This document shows positions 19,680 through 28,473 of a stretch of 64,000 nt of DNA, piece after piece. The translations under genes were made by a program, and so were the position numbers. The DNA lies in assembly GCA_003135635.1 (NCBI GenBank), contig PLCJ01000001.1:99418-163417 (forward strand), given 5' to 3'. This stretch comes from Candidatus Adlerbacteria bacterium (GTDB lineage: Bacteria > Patescibacteriota > Minisyncoccia > Phycocordibacterales > SBAW01). The notes under the pieces were generated by a model that saw only the letters and a program-made list of their open reading frames with translations, was not told the DNA's origin and did not search any database. How positions within the stretch are numbered: the first letter of the stretch is position 1; each line of letters starts with the position of its first letter.

Positions 19680-20081
19680 TTAGAGTGGCACATCAAACGC
19701 AAATGCGCCTGCACCAGTCATCAAAAGAGACAGGCATATAATCGCAAGAAGAATATAAGCGAGGTGTGAAAGGGGAGAGATATGACGCAGTCCTCGTTTG
19801 ATAAAGAAAATCTTAAGACAAATAATAGCGCCCACAAGAGCAGCTATTTGCGTTAAAAATCCCACCAAAAGAAACACGGCTACCGCACCCTCTACTAAGG
19901 TGAAAAGGCCGCTGAGCCATAGCGCAACGCTATAGTCGATCACCGAAATCTCGCGGGCCACCGTCTTGTGGTTTTTTAGATGAAAGATCGCGAGATAGAA
20001 AAATACGCCAGCTACAGCAAGTCGCAAAAGGGTAGGAGCGAAAAAACTAAACACGAGCAAGTGAGGAAATGGATTTAACAT
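19680..20081 (-). CDS. DoxX-family membrane protein
   Basis: 4-TM topology with DoxX-like N-terminal helix (LLRLAVAGVFFYLAIFHL). Confidence 0.45.
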   Translation of the reverse strand: MLNPFPHLLVFSFFAPTLLRLAVAGVFFYLAIFHLKNHKTVAREISVIDYSVALWLSGLFTLVEGAVAVFLLVGFLTQIAALVGAIICLKIFFIKRGLRHISPLSHLAYILLAIICLSLLMTGAGAFAFDVPL

Positions 20082-20086
20082 AGATA

Positions 20087-20314
20087 TTATGGTGAATTAT
20101 AAATAGATGTATTTGTTCCAGAAGTATTTTGTGTGCTGCTTGCGGTTTGTATTGGTGAAGAAAGAAAGAGACCCCCCACGCCTCCTTTTTGGAGTCCCCC
20201 ACGCACAATCCACAATACGATGAGTATTGCAAGCACTCCCACCACAAAGAACAAATCATTCATTGCTCCACTACCATTGCCTTTCTTATCATCTTTCTTT
20301 TCCTCATCTGCCAT
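20087..20314 (-). CDS. Possible small membrane protein (76 aa) downstream of murE
   Basis: ATG at 20314, acidic/lysine N-terminus then single TM (LFFVVGVLAILIVLWIV); the longer listed ORF overlaps murE and is rejected. Confidence 0.3.
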   Translation of the reverse strand: MADEEKKDDKKGNGSGAMNDLFFVVGVLAILIVLWIVRGGLQKGGVGGLFLSSPIQTASSTQNTSGTNTSIYNSP

Positions 20315-20321
20315 AGCTATC

Positions 20322-21554
20322 CTAAGTATATCCCAGCTTCTTAAGCTCTTCCTCAGCGACTCCCTTATCACTCCATATCTCTTTGCTACCACTGGGCCCC
20401 ATAATATAGGGATCAGTGCCTTTGCCGGTAATGAGTACTGCATCACCCTTCTTAGCCTCTTTGAGCCCGGAGGCAATGGCAGCGCGGCGATCAAGAACAA
20501 TGTGCGGATGTTTCGTCGTAAACCCCTTTGCGACCTCCTCGATAATGTGACGTGGATCCTCATCGTAGGGGTCTTCATTGGTGAGTATCGCGACATCACA
20601 AAATTCCTCCACAAGCTTTCCCATCTCACGTCGCTTCCAGGTATCGCGCCCTCCACCAGTTGCTCCAAGCACGCCGATTATTCTATGCATACGATAAGTC
20701 TCATATAATGCGCGAAGTGAATCGGGCGTGTGCGCATAATCAACAATGACGCTAAATGGCTGATTCTTTTCAACACGCTCGGCGCGACCCAAAATAGGAG
20801 GAATATGCTCCAGAGCCTTTTTCATATGTCCGCGCGGGATGCCGAGCGCCTCCCCCAGAGTGAGCGCAGCAAGCGCATTCTTAAGGTTAAAAACTCCAGG
20901 CAGTGGCATCGTAAATAGCTCCCCACGCCACATAAAACGCACTCCGCGATCATCAACTTGATAGGGTTCGGCATCTTGAAGTGAGAAAGGAGCTTTAACA
21001 TCTACATCAATATTAAGAAAGGCTTCACCATACGCGTCATCGACATTGGCAACCATAATCCGTGGACGCTTCGACGAGCGCACCAGACTCTGAGCTAAAG
21101 AAAGTTTCGCTGCAACGTAGTTCTCCATCCCGCCGTGGGACTCAAGATGCTCTGGTGCCAGATTGGTAAAAATAAGCGCATTCATCTCAATGCCTTTGTG
21201 GCGGAATTGTCGAGCGCCTTCTGATGTCATTTCGATAACTGCGTGTGTCACGCCTTCATCAATCGCAGCGCGCAAAAAACGTTGTAAAAAAAAGCGCCCC
21301 GGCATCGTCATCTTAAAAAGATTTCGCTCGCTTCTCTCTCCTATCGCAAAGCGGATCGTGCTTGCAAGCGCGACCCTATATCCAGCCTCAGTAAGCATGG
21401 CTCCAACAAGCTCAGCGGTTGTAGATTTGCCTTTGGTGCCGGTGATCCCGATAATCACGAGTTTTTTGGAAGGGAATCGGTACCAGAATGCTCCGAGGTA
21501 GGCAAGAAAAAAATGATAGGCGTTTATCCACTGCTTCGGAACCAGTCGTTTCAT
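20322..21554 (-). CDS. murE: UDP-N-acetylmuramoyl-L-alanyl-D-glutamate--2,6-diaminopimelate (or L-Lys) ligase MurE, short form
   Basis: Mur ligase P-loop IIGITGTKGKSTT; MurE-specific block TNLAPEHLESHGGMENYVAAK..NVDDAYG..GVFNLKNALAALTLGEALGI closely parallel to the E. coli MurE central domain. Confidence 0.8.
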   Translation of the reverse strand: MKRLVPKQWINAYHFFLAYLGAFWYRFPSKKLVIIGITGTKGKSTTAELVGAMLTEAGYRVALASTIRFAIGERSERNLFKMTMPGRFFLQRFLRAAIDEGVTHAVIEMTSEGARQFRHKGIEMNALIFTNLAPEHLESHGGMENYVAAKLSLAQSLVRSSKRPRIMVANVDDAYGEAFLNIDVDVKAPFSLQDAEPYQVDDRGVRFMWRGELFTMPLPGVFNLKNALAALTLGEALGIPRGHMKKALEHIPPILGRAERVEKNQPFSVIVDYAHTPDSLRALYETYRMHRIIGVLGATGGGRDTWKRREMGKLVEEFCDVAILTNEDPYDEDPRHIIEEVAKGFTTKHPHIVLDRRAAIASGLKEAKKGDAVLITGKGTDPYIMGPSGSKEIWSDKGVAEEELKKLGYT

Positions 21555-22150
21555 ACAGACGCGCGCGTGCCAAGTATTTTAAGTACCGCAGCAACACGCT
21601 CAGAAATAGTGGTGGGTTGAGTAGTTTCTCGAGTTAATGTTTTAAGTGCTTGACGGGCTTCTTCAGTGCGGTAGCCAAGCGCGAGAAGCGCTTCTATCAC
21701 TTCCGCGTCGTGAACGCTTGAGGTGTTGGCTTCTTCTTTGGAGTTTGCAAGCTTGTCGCGCAATTCAACGACCACGCGCTCCGCACTTTTCTTACCGATG
21801 CCAACAACTTTGATAAGCGCATTCGTGTCTCCGCGAATAATGGACTCTTTGATTGTTTTCACATCGGCGAGATTAAGAATCCCCAACGCAGTTTTTGGAC
21901 CGATGCCGGAAACACTCGTCAGCTGTTTAAAAAACGCAAGCTCTTCTTCCGTTGGAAATCCATAGAGATCTATAGCATCTTCACGCACTGCCGTATGAAT
22001 GAAAAGTGAAACAATGCCAACTCTTCCGATACGCATCGCTTCTAGTGAAAAAAGAGGAGTACGCACTGCATATCCAACCCCGGCGACTTCAAGAATGATC
22101 GCCCCGTCTGATGTGATGCCCTCAAATGTTCCGGTTAGCTTGCCTATCAT
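21551..22150 (-). CDS. ruvA: Holliday junction DNA helicase subunit RuvA
   Basis: MIGKLTG...GVGYAV OB-fold N-terminus, HhH region LTSVSGIGPKTALGIL, C-terminal RuvB-interaction domain; start at internal Met. Confidence 0.85.
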   Translation of the reverse strand: MIGKLTGTFEGITSDGAIILEVAGVGYAVRTPLFSLEAMRIGRVGIVSLFIHTAVREDAIDLYGFPTEEELAFFKQLTSVSGIGPKTALGILNLADVKTIKESIIRGDTNALIKVVGIGKKSAERVVVELRDKLANSKEEANTSSVHDAEVIEALLALGYRTEEARQALKTLTRETTQPTTISERVAAVLKILGTRASV

Positions 22151-22174
22151 ATATAGATAGAGTACTATCCCGAC

Positions 22175-22417
22175 ATGGCAATTACCACATCGGCAAAAAA
22201 AGCACATCGTCAGTCAAAACGCAAAAAAGCGATGAATGATAAGTACAAAATATCTATTCGCAAAGCATTTAAATATGTTCGACTTGCGAAAAAAGGAGAT
22301 ATGCAGGCACTTGCTCTTGCCTACAAAGCTATCGATAAGGCAGCAAAACATGGTCTTTTGAAAAAAAATACTGCTGCTCGCCGTAAGGCAAAAGTTGCAC
22401 GCATGCTCAAGAGTTAA
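22175..22417 (+). CDS. rpsT: 30S ribosomal protein S20
   Basis: MAITTSAKKAHRQSKRKKAMNDKYKI ... typical S20. Confidence 0.85.
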   Translation: MAITTSAKKAHRQSKRKKAMNDKYKISIRKAFKYVRLAKKGDMQALALAYKAIDKAAKHGLLKKNTAARRKAKVARMLKS

Positions 22418-22448
22418 TAACTCTTTTAGAGGATATTTTTAATACGTG

Positions 22449-22520
22449 TACCCCCACGGGGAATCGAACCTCGATCTCAGGCTTCGGAGGCCTGCGCTCT
22501 ATCCGTTGAGCTATGAGGGC
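22449..22520 (-). tRNA. tRNA-Arg (anticodon CCG)
   Basis: Cloverleaf on minus strand: GCCCTCA acceptor (two G.U pairs), D-arm AGCTCAACGGATAGAGC, anticodon loop CTCCGAA, T-loop TTCGATT (one A.C mismatch in T-stem). Confidence 0.65.
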
Positions 22521-22526
22521 ATCTTG

Positions 22527-22598
22527 TCCTCTCGGCAGGAATCGAACCTGCATTACAAGCTCCGCAAGCTTGCGTTCTATCCGTTGAACTACGAGAGG
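22527..22598 (-). tRNA. tRNA-Arg (anticodon GCG), C1-G72 acceptor
   Basis: Acceptor CCTCTCG/CGAGAGG, D-arm GTTCAACGGATAGAAC, anticodon stem-loop CAAGC-TTGCGGA-GCTTG, T-arm GCAGGTTCGATTCCTGC. Confidence 0.6.
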
Positions 22599-22614
22599 TA
22601 GTTTATAGGTTGTA

Positions 22615-23088
22615 TCACAGGCCGAAGATTTCTGCGAGACTATCGCTGAGTCGTGCTTCCGCTTCTGTTTCCTCGATGTATTGTTCTAGCCGTGAACGGA
22701 TGGTTTCCGGCGATGTCCCCTCAAGAGAGAGAAGTATTCGTGGGGTAAGGAAGCTCTTCACGGTAAGTATAAGTTCGGGTTTGTGCGGTTCCTCTGCGAT
22801 GCTAAAGGAATGGATAGATCCATAGGGATAGAGTGTGCCATCCACACTGATACCGCGCTCATCGATACGTACCATGTGCTCTCGTGGACCTCGCGCAGCC
22901 AAAAAACCGATGGACCCCGCACCAATAATCAAGATACAGGCAAGCAATATGTTGCTGAAAAAAACAGCAGCGATTGCGCCCGCAACCGCAAGTACACCAA
23001 GGGTCCAGTACCAATCAGCGCTGCGTTCAGTGTGCTCGTGAGTGAGCACACTCCATGAAATAGCGGGCTCCGGTTGAGTCATTTCCAT
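22615..23088 (-). CDS. Hypothetical membrane protein (2 TM, 157 aa)
   Basis: Hydrophobic helices WYWTLGVLAVAGAIAAVFF / ILLACILIIGAGSIGFL; no motif. Confidence 0.35.
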   Translation of the reverse strand: MEMTQPEPAISWSVLTHEHTERSADWYWTLGVLAVAGAIAAVFFSNILLACILIIGAGSIGFLAARGPREHMVRIDERGISVDGTLYPYGSIHSFSIAEEPHKPELILTVKSFLTPRILLSLEGTSPETIRSRLEQYIEETEAEARLSDSLAEIFGL

Positions 23089-23123
23089 AAGTATACCCTG
23101 GGAATCGGATTATCTTTGAAAGG

Positions 23124-23744
23124 GTGTACAAAAAAGTGGGGTTTTTAAAAGGGCGTATACTTATTCTTATGGCATCTATAGACCATTCCTTTTTCTTTGT
23201 GTTATACAGCTTTGCTGGTCGTTCTCATATTGGAGACTTTCTCATTATCTTTTTCGGAGAATACTTTTTGTATATTATTTTTGCTATATTGGCATATTTT
23301 CTCTACAGAGCATACCGAAATAAAAAGAGAAAGGAAGTATACGGATATTTTGTCGCATTATTTGCAGCTCTTTTTGCACGTTTTGGAGTCGAGAATGTTA
23401 TTCACTTTTTCTATCATCGACCGCGGCCGTTCATCGCACTTCACTTGCCGCATCTCTTAAGCGACATGTCATACTCTTTTCCTTCCGGCCACACTATCTT
23501 TATGTTTGCACTTGCAACAGGAATCTTTTTCGTTAACCGTAAATTCTCTTATTTTTTATATGCCTCCGGTTTGGTCATAGGGCTCGCACGTGTTATGGGC
23601 GGCGTGCATTATCCTTCAGACATTCTTGGCGGAGCGATACTGGGTATTTTGACGGGATACATTGTCTATAAATTACTAGAAAGATTTGGACCAAAAAGGA
23701 ATGGGATAAGCCCTATAAGATCCAGTAAAAAGATATTTTCTTAA
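23124..23744 (+). CDS. PAP2-superfamily phosphatase (undecaprenyl-diphosphate / lipid phosphate phosphatase-like)
   Basis: PAP2 signature motifs KX6RP (HRPRPF), PSGH (FPSGHTIF), SRX5HX3D (ARVMGGVHYPSD); 5-6 TM. Confidence 0.8.
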   Translation: MYKKVGFLKGRILILMASIDHSFFFVLYSFAGRSHIGDFLIIFFGEYFLYIIFAILAYFLYRAYRNKKRKEVYGYFVALFAALFARFGVENVIHFFYHRPRPFIALHLPHLLSDMSYSFPSGHTIFMFALATGIFFVNRKFSYFLYASGLVIGLARVMGGVHYPSDILGGAILGILTGYIVYKLLERFGPKRNGISPIRSSKKIFS

Positions 23745-23828
23745 ATATCTGTAATCTTTCCAAAAATATTTTAGCGCGGATGCTATGGAGAAATTCCAAA
23801 CATCCAAACAACGTCACGCTGAGTTCTT

Positions 23829-24083
23829 TTAGGAAAGATGTTTGGAGATAAGTTTTGTCATCTCAAACATATTGACCGTTGCCTTACCACCAAATACTTT
23901 CTTTAAATTTTCATCGGCATTGATATTACGCTTGTTTTTTTGATCTTGAAGATCATTTTTCTTAATATATACCCAAAGTTTTTTGACAACTTCTGATCTG
24001 GGCATAGGCCCCTTTCCTACAACCGCAGCTAAATCAGAGCTGATAGTCATTGGCTTCATAAACGCGGAATTGCTATTTGCCAT
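23829..24083 (-). CDS. SWIB/MDM2-domain protein (84 aa)
   Basis: SWIB core LAAVVGKGPMPRSEVVKKLWVYIKKNDLQD...MFEMTKLISKHL. Confidence 0.65.
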   Translation of the reverse strand: MANSNSAFMKPMTISSDLAAVVGKGPMPRSEVVKKLWVYIKKNDLQDQKNKRNINADENLKKVFGGKATVNMFEMTKLISKHLS

Positions 24084-24245
24084 ATTTTTTAATTACTTAT
24101 TAAAAGCCCTCATATCTATAGTAGCACCTTGTGCACTTTAATTCTCGAGTCGTAATTTGGCCATATACTTCAGGGTTGTCCGATAAAAAGTATTTTTTGT
24201 AGTGAGGGTCGGTCAGAAACCAATTTATATCAAGCAGTATAAGGG

Positions 24246-25622
24246 TTATTTAACTAGTGTTGGAACAACTAACAACTCCAGGTGGTACTGGTTGCTGTTA
24301 CTCGAGGTTAACCCATGATTAACAAATAGACCATTTACAAGATACAAATGGTTCGGTTGCATGAGATCAATACCGGTGCCAGTAATAGGCAAATCATAGC
24401 TGGAGATTAATCCAGTGGATTCATCGGAAAAAATAATATACCCCGCTTCTTTCTTTAGAAAATATCCCTGAATCAAAACCGTCTGACCAACAAAAGACTG
24501 TGCATGTTGTGTGACTTCACCAACCGTATGCGTCGGTAGAGTTTGATTGGAGGATTGGGAAGAGAAGTTGTGGTTAATAATGTCTAAACCGTCTGGGATA
24601 TTCAATTGACCTACTCCGATCCCTGGTTTTCCCGTAACACCATATTGCCAGATAATTTTCTTGGTCTGCTTGTCAATCACAATCACCCGATGATTAAAGT
24701 CGTCGTTGGAGAGAATATTTCCATTAGGCAGCTCAATGGCAAGAGATGGTTTATTAAGTGTGGTAGTGCCTTCACCATCAAACTCCCACACCACATTTCC
24801 TTGTCTAGAAATCTCAATTATTTTACCCGGATGTTGGTATTCGGCAATCAAGAAGTTCCCGGCTTGGGTCAATTGTGGATCAGAAGGGTACTTCAGAGGC
24901 AAAGACATAGAGAATATCTTTGTCCATTGGGCATCTAACTCTATGAGGCTATGATTGAGAATAGTACTGATAAGTATATGGCCATTGGGAAGGGGCGTGT
25001 CGCCATTCGGTGCATCCAAAAACCCTGGGTTATTACTGCATTGCCTAGTTTTTCCATATTGATGGATAATTTTCTTGCCGGGTGTAATTTCTATAACGCG
25101 GCAATTCTGAATATCTGCAATGATAACGTCACCGTTTGGTAACTTGTAGGCGTCGTCAGGGTGGTATAAAAAACCGGGTCCTGAACCGTGTGTCCCCGGT
25201 ATGCCGTACTGCCAGATTATTTTTTTGGTCTGGTAGTCAATCTCTTCTATGAGGTGATAATATTCAAGATTTACAATAACGGTTTTGCCACCGTCGGCAA
25301 AAAATGCGTCATCAGCTCCATACCCCGGGGGCAACCCTTTGAACTGATATTCCCATATGATTTGTTTGTCAGGGGTTACTTCTATAACACGATTATTGCC
25401 CCTGTCGGCAATAAGGACGTCATATCCACCAAGCGCAGAGGTGTCTTTGGGTTGCGCGTTGATGTCTTGAGGTGAAACAGGAATTGCGGGAGGTGGAATA
25501 ATATCTTGTTCATTCCCGAAGAGACTATCGACATCTGCGTGGGCGAAATAATTGTATGTCCAGAAACCACAAACAAACAGAACACAACTCAATAGAACAA
25601 TCCATACATACCACGATTGCAT
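24246..25622 (-). CDS. Secreted NHL-repeat beta-propeller protein
   Basis: N-terminal signal/anchor; at least four repeats of (V/I)IAD..N.RVIE(V/I)TP.K.IIW(E/Q)YG typical of NHL/YVTN propeller blades. Confidence 0.6.
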   Translation of the reverse strand: MQSWYVWIVLLSCVLFVCGFWTYNYFAHADVDSLFGNEQDIIPPPAIPVSPQDINAQPKDTSALGGYDVLIADRGNNRVIEVTPDKQIIWEYQFKGLPPGYGADDAFFADGGKTVIVNLEYYHLIEEIDYQTKKIIWQYGIPGTHGSGPGFLYHPDDAYKLPNGDVIIADIQNCRVIEITPGKKIIHQYGKTRQCSNNPGFLDAPNGDTPLPNGHILISTILNHSLIELDAQWTKIFSMSLPLKYPSDPQLTQAGNFLIAEYQHPGKIIEISRQGNVVWEFDGEGTTTLNKPSLAIELPNGNILSNDDFNHRVIVIDKQTKKIIWQYGVTGKPGIGVGQLNIPDGLDIINHNFSSQSSNQTLPTHTVGEVTQHAQSFVGQTVLIQGYFLKKEAGYIIFSDESTGLISSYDLPITGTGIDLMQPNHLYLVNGLFVNHGLTSSNSNQYHLELLVVPTLVK

Positions 25623-25721
25623 CTCTGGAGTATAGCAATAAAAGGTGGAAGCTATGCGCGAAGTTACCTCATGAAGAAGTGTTTGCGCATTCAGCAGAAC
25701 CTTCTACACTGATCGTACTCC

Positions 25722-26312
25722 ATGGTGAAAGCTTTTATTGGTAATGTTATCGTTGCGGCTTTTTTGCTCCTCTTCGTTTTCATCAACTTTAAAGCATTTT
25801 ATACAACGGGAGACATTAGCTATATTCTCGTGTCGATAAATGAAAGCGTGTACGTTGTGCTCTTCCTGGTGCGTGAACGAGCTATTGCCGTCTCGACATC
25901 AGGATTTGACTGGGCAATCGCATTTTCAGCGACATTTTTAGGAACGCTTTTAAGACCAGCGCTTCCTTTAAACATTTTACTGGGCAGTATACTGATCAGC
26001 ATCGGAATCATGGTGAATATTGTCAGTGTATTATTCCTGAATAGAAGCATCAGTATAGTTCCGGCAAGGAGGAGTATAAAAACCGGAGGGTTATACCGGT
26101 TTGTTCGACATCCTATGTATTCAAGCGAGATATTGTCTCTCTTCGGGTACCTGCTCGTAAATGTTTCTTTGATGAATACATACATTGTAATCGGCACCAT
26201 GGTACTCATGCTTGCTCGGATTAATCGTGAGGAACTATTTCTTTCAAAAAATAAACTCTACCGGGAGTATCTCGCAAGAACTCCTTGGAAGCTTGTACCT
26301 TTTGTGTACTAA
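25722..26312 (+). CDS. Isoprenylcysteine carboxyl methyltransferase (ICMT/PEMT) family membrane methyltransferase
   Basis: Multi-TM with C-terminal GGLYRFVRHPMYSSEIL (RHPxY motif) and E..L...F..Y..Y. Confidence 0.7.
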   Translation: MVKAFIGNVIVAAFLLLFVFINFKAFYTTGDISYILVSINESVYVVLFLVRERAIAVSTSGFDWAIAFSATFLGTLLRPALPLNILLGSILISIGIMVNIVSVLFLNRSISIVPARRSIKTGGLYRFVRHPMYSSEILSLFGYLLVNVSLMNTYIVIGTMVLMLARINREELFLSKNKLYREYLARTPWKLVPFVY

Positions 26313-26320
26313 AATCAGTG

Positions 26321-26405
26321 CGGAGGAGGTGAGATTCGAACTCACGGTACCTTGCGGCACTCCGGTTTTCAAGGCCGGTGCAATAGACCACTCTGCCACT
26401 CCTCC
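26321..26405 (-). tRNA. tRNA-Ser (anticodon TGA), class II long variable arm
   Basis: GGAGGAG acceptor, D-arm GGCAGAGTGGTCTAT, anticodon loop CTTGAAA, long variable arm, T-arm GTGAGTTCGAATCTCAC. Confidence 0.8.
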
Positions 26406-26453
26406 ATGAAAGAAACGATACACTTTTCCTGTCATATTCGCTATGCTAGCTAG

Positions 26454-26852
26454 ATGAAATATCTCGGTATAGATTATGGCACCAAGCGCATCGGCATCTC
26501 GATTTCCGATAATACTGCTTCACTGGCTTTTCCTCTTACCACTCTTGCGACAAACAAACACTCCGTGGAAGATATTGTAGCTCTTGCAGAAAAACATGAT
26601 GCTAAAAATATCGTGCTCGGCGAGTCACGTAACTTCAAAGGAGCACCTAACGTTATAATGCAAGAGATTCATATACTCAAAGTAGCACTAGAGAAAGCAG
26701 GATATACGATTGACTACGAACCAGAATTCATGACAAGCGCCATGGCAACACGAGAAGGAGAAACAGCGCCAGAGCAGATTGATGCATCTGCCGCTGCACT
26801 TATTTTACAAAGCTATCTTGATCGAAATAAATTCCGTAGTAATGTAGAATGA
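26454..26852 (+). CDS. ruvX: Putative pre-16S rRNA nuclease / Holliday junction resolvase-like YqgF (RuvX)
   Basis: YLGIDYGTKRIGISISD RNase H-like N-terminus typical of YqgF. Confidence 0.75.
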   Translation: MKYLGIDYGTKRIGISISDNTASLAFPLTTLATNKHSVEDIVALAEKHDAKNIVLGESRNFKGAPNVIMQEIHILKVALEKAGYTIDYEPEFMTSAMATREGETAPEQIDASAAALILQSYLDRNKFRSNVE

Positions 26853-26856
26853 AGTA

Positions 26857-27186
26857 GTGTCTGATATTATCTCGATTGATGATTTTAAAAAAGCTGATAT
26901 CCGCATTGGTGAAATCAAACATGCAGAAAAGGTGGCCGACACGGATAAATTACTGCGTTTACTGGTGAATTTTGGCTCTGAAGAGCGGCAAATTATTTCC
27001 GGTATCTCCAGCTACTTTCCAGACCCCGAAGTTCTTATTAGCAGAAAAGTTGCCTTTGCATATAACCTTGAACCGCGCATTATTCGCGGGCTTGAGAGCC
27101 AAGGTATGATACTTGCCGCAATGGGAGAAGATGGCGTGATGTCTCTGCTTGAAGCTACTGCGGCACCTGGTGCAAAAGTACAATGA
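26857..27186 (+). CDS. Standalone tRNA-binding (Trbp111/CsaA/EMAP-like OB-fold) protein
   Basis: FKKADIRIGEIKHAEKVADTDKLLRLLVNFGSEERQIISGI matches the OB-fold tRNA-binding domain found at MetRS C-termini. Confidence 0.7.
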   Translation: MSDIISIDDFKKADIRIGEIKHAEKVADTDKLLRLLVNFGSEERQIISGISSYFPDPEVLISRKVAFAYNLEPRIIRGLESQGMILAAMGEDGVMSLLEATAAPGAKVQ

Positions 27187-27796
27187 TATGGAAGAACACC
27201 TTCGTCTAAGTGATCGATTATCGCAGTGGGTTACAAGACACGCTGAAGGACCCTATATACTCCCGTGGCTTGCGCTCCTGGCATTTCTTGACGGATGCAT
27301 TTCTCCTTTTCCGGCAGAGATTTTTCTTGCGGCACTCATGGTTGCGCATCCAAAACGGTGGCGCGAGTATCTTTTGGTCACTGCTCTTGCCGCTGCCGCT
27401 GGTGCATCGGTCGGATACCTTATCGGGGGACTCTTGTTTCAGTTTTTGGGACAGCCTCTTATTGATACCTATCACTTCCAGAAAGCATTCCTCACCGCTC
27501 AGCACCTGCTTCACGGTCATATATTTCTTACTATGGCGATTGCGCCCTTTATTCTCCCGCTACCAGAAAAAGTCTTTATTTATGCAGCAGGATTTTTGGG
27601 CGCACACTTCATACCTTTTATCACTGGTTATTTTCTTGGACACACTATACGGCTTGCGGTATTTATGTATTTGGCCGGCCGATATGGGCAGCAAGTTATT
27701 CGTCTCTTAGAGGAATATATACTCATCATAGCTGGGGTAGTCCTTATGATGGCGCTATTGTATGGTATTGTGCACTGGCACCTTTTGCCCCTGTAG
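27149..27796 (+). CDS. DedA/YqaA-family membrane protein
   Basis: Multi-TM; DedA-like segment ILPWLALLAFLDGCISPFPAEIFLAALM; stop overlaps 5' end of following tRNA. Confidence 0.5.
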   Translation: MKLLRHLVQKYNDMEEHLRLSDRLSQWVTRHAEGPYILPWLALLAFLDGCISPFPAEIFLAALMVAHPKRWREYLLVTALAAAAGASVGYLIGGLLFQFLGQPLIDTYHFQKAFLTAQHLLHGHIFLTMAIAPFILPLPEKVFIYAAGFLGAHFIPFITGYFLGHTIRLAVFMYLAGRYGQQVIRLLEEYILIIAGVVLMMALLYGIVHWHLLPL

Positions 27797-27858
27797 TTCA
27801 ACGGATAGAACCGGAGACTTCTAAGCTCTTAATGGGGGTTCGATTCCCTCCAGGGGCA
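27787..27858 (+). tRNA. tRNA, probable Arg (anticodon TCT); anticodon stem has one mismatch
   Basis: Acceptor GCCCCTG/CAGGGGC, D-arm GTTCAACGGATAGAAC, loop CTTCTAA, T-arm GGGGGTTCGATTCCCTC. Confidence 0.55.
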
Positions 27859-27891
27859 CAGCTTAAAGAAAATTCTGGCATACTTTACCCT

Positions 27892-28338
27892 ATGAGATCT
27901 AGATACACAGGCTTTACGCTTATTGAGCTTTTGGTAGTTATTGCAATCATAGGTATCTTGGCGTCCATCATTTTGGTTTCTCTGAACTCAGCGCGCAGCA
28001 AAAGCAGAGATGCCGCAAGAATGGAAACCGTACATCAGATTCAAAATGCGCTTGAACTCTACTACTCGGATTACGGTGCGTATCCTACCGTAGCCGTACC
28101 TTCTGACTTATCAAGTAGCCTAACTCCTTTTCTGTCGCCGAAATACATATCGAGCGTTACGTATGATATGACTAATATCTCGGGACCTACTTACTACAGC
28201 CCAGCAAATCCTCCCGATAGCTATCTTATATATGTGTCCACTGAGAGATCTTGGGGAGTTAATATCTACGGATGCCGCACGGGAGTCGGACCCGATGTAG
28301 ATTCTGGTTTGTACTCTGGCGCACCTGTCTGTCATTAA
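27892..28338 (+). CDS. Type IV pilin (prepilin with class III signal peptide)
   Basis: MRSRYTG|FTLIELLVVIAIIGILASI - canonical prepilin peptidase site (G/F, E at +5) and N-terminal hydrophobic helix; C-terminal Cys pair. Confidence 0.85.
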   Translation: MRSRYTGFTLIELLVVIAIIGILASIILVSLNSARSKSRDAARMETVHQIQNALELYYSDYGAYPTVAVPSDLSSSLTPFLSPKYISSVTYDMTNISGPTYYSPANPPDSYLIYVSTERSWGVNIYGCRTGVGPDVDSGLYSGAPVCH

Positions 28339-28399
28339 TAATCTCGCTTTAGAAAAATGTTGTTTTGATTCCTCAGCTGCGCTACTGTGAAGTAGAGAT

Positions 28400-28472
28400 G
28401 CACGCTTAGCTCAGTTGGTAGAGCGACTCGTTTACACCGAGTGGGTCGGGGGTTCGAGTCCCTCAGCGTGCA
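28400..28472 (+). tRNA. tRNA-Val (anticodon TAC)
   Basis: Acceptor GCACGCT/AGCGTGC, D-arm GCTCAGTTGGTAGAGC, anticodon stem-loop ACTCG-TTTACAC-CGAGT, T-arm GGGGGTTCGAGTCCCTC. Confidence 0.8.
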
Positions 28473-28473
28473 C

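Noticed and set aside
20087-20668. 193-aa minus-strand ORF overlapping the 3' third of murE
   Set aside because: Different frame within murE coding sequence. Only its distal 76 codons beyond the murE stop are retained as a low-confidence small membrane protein.
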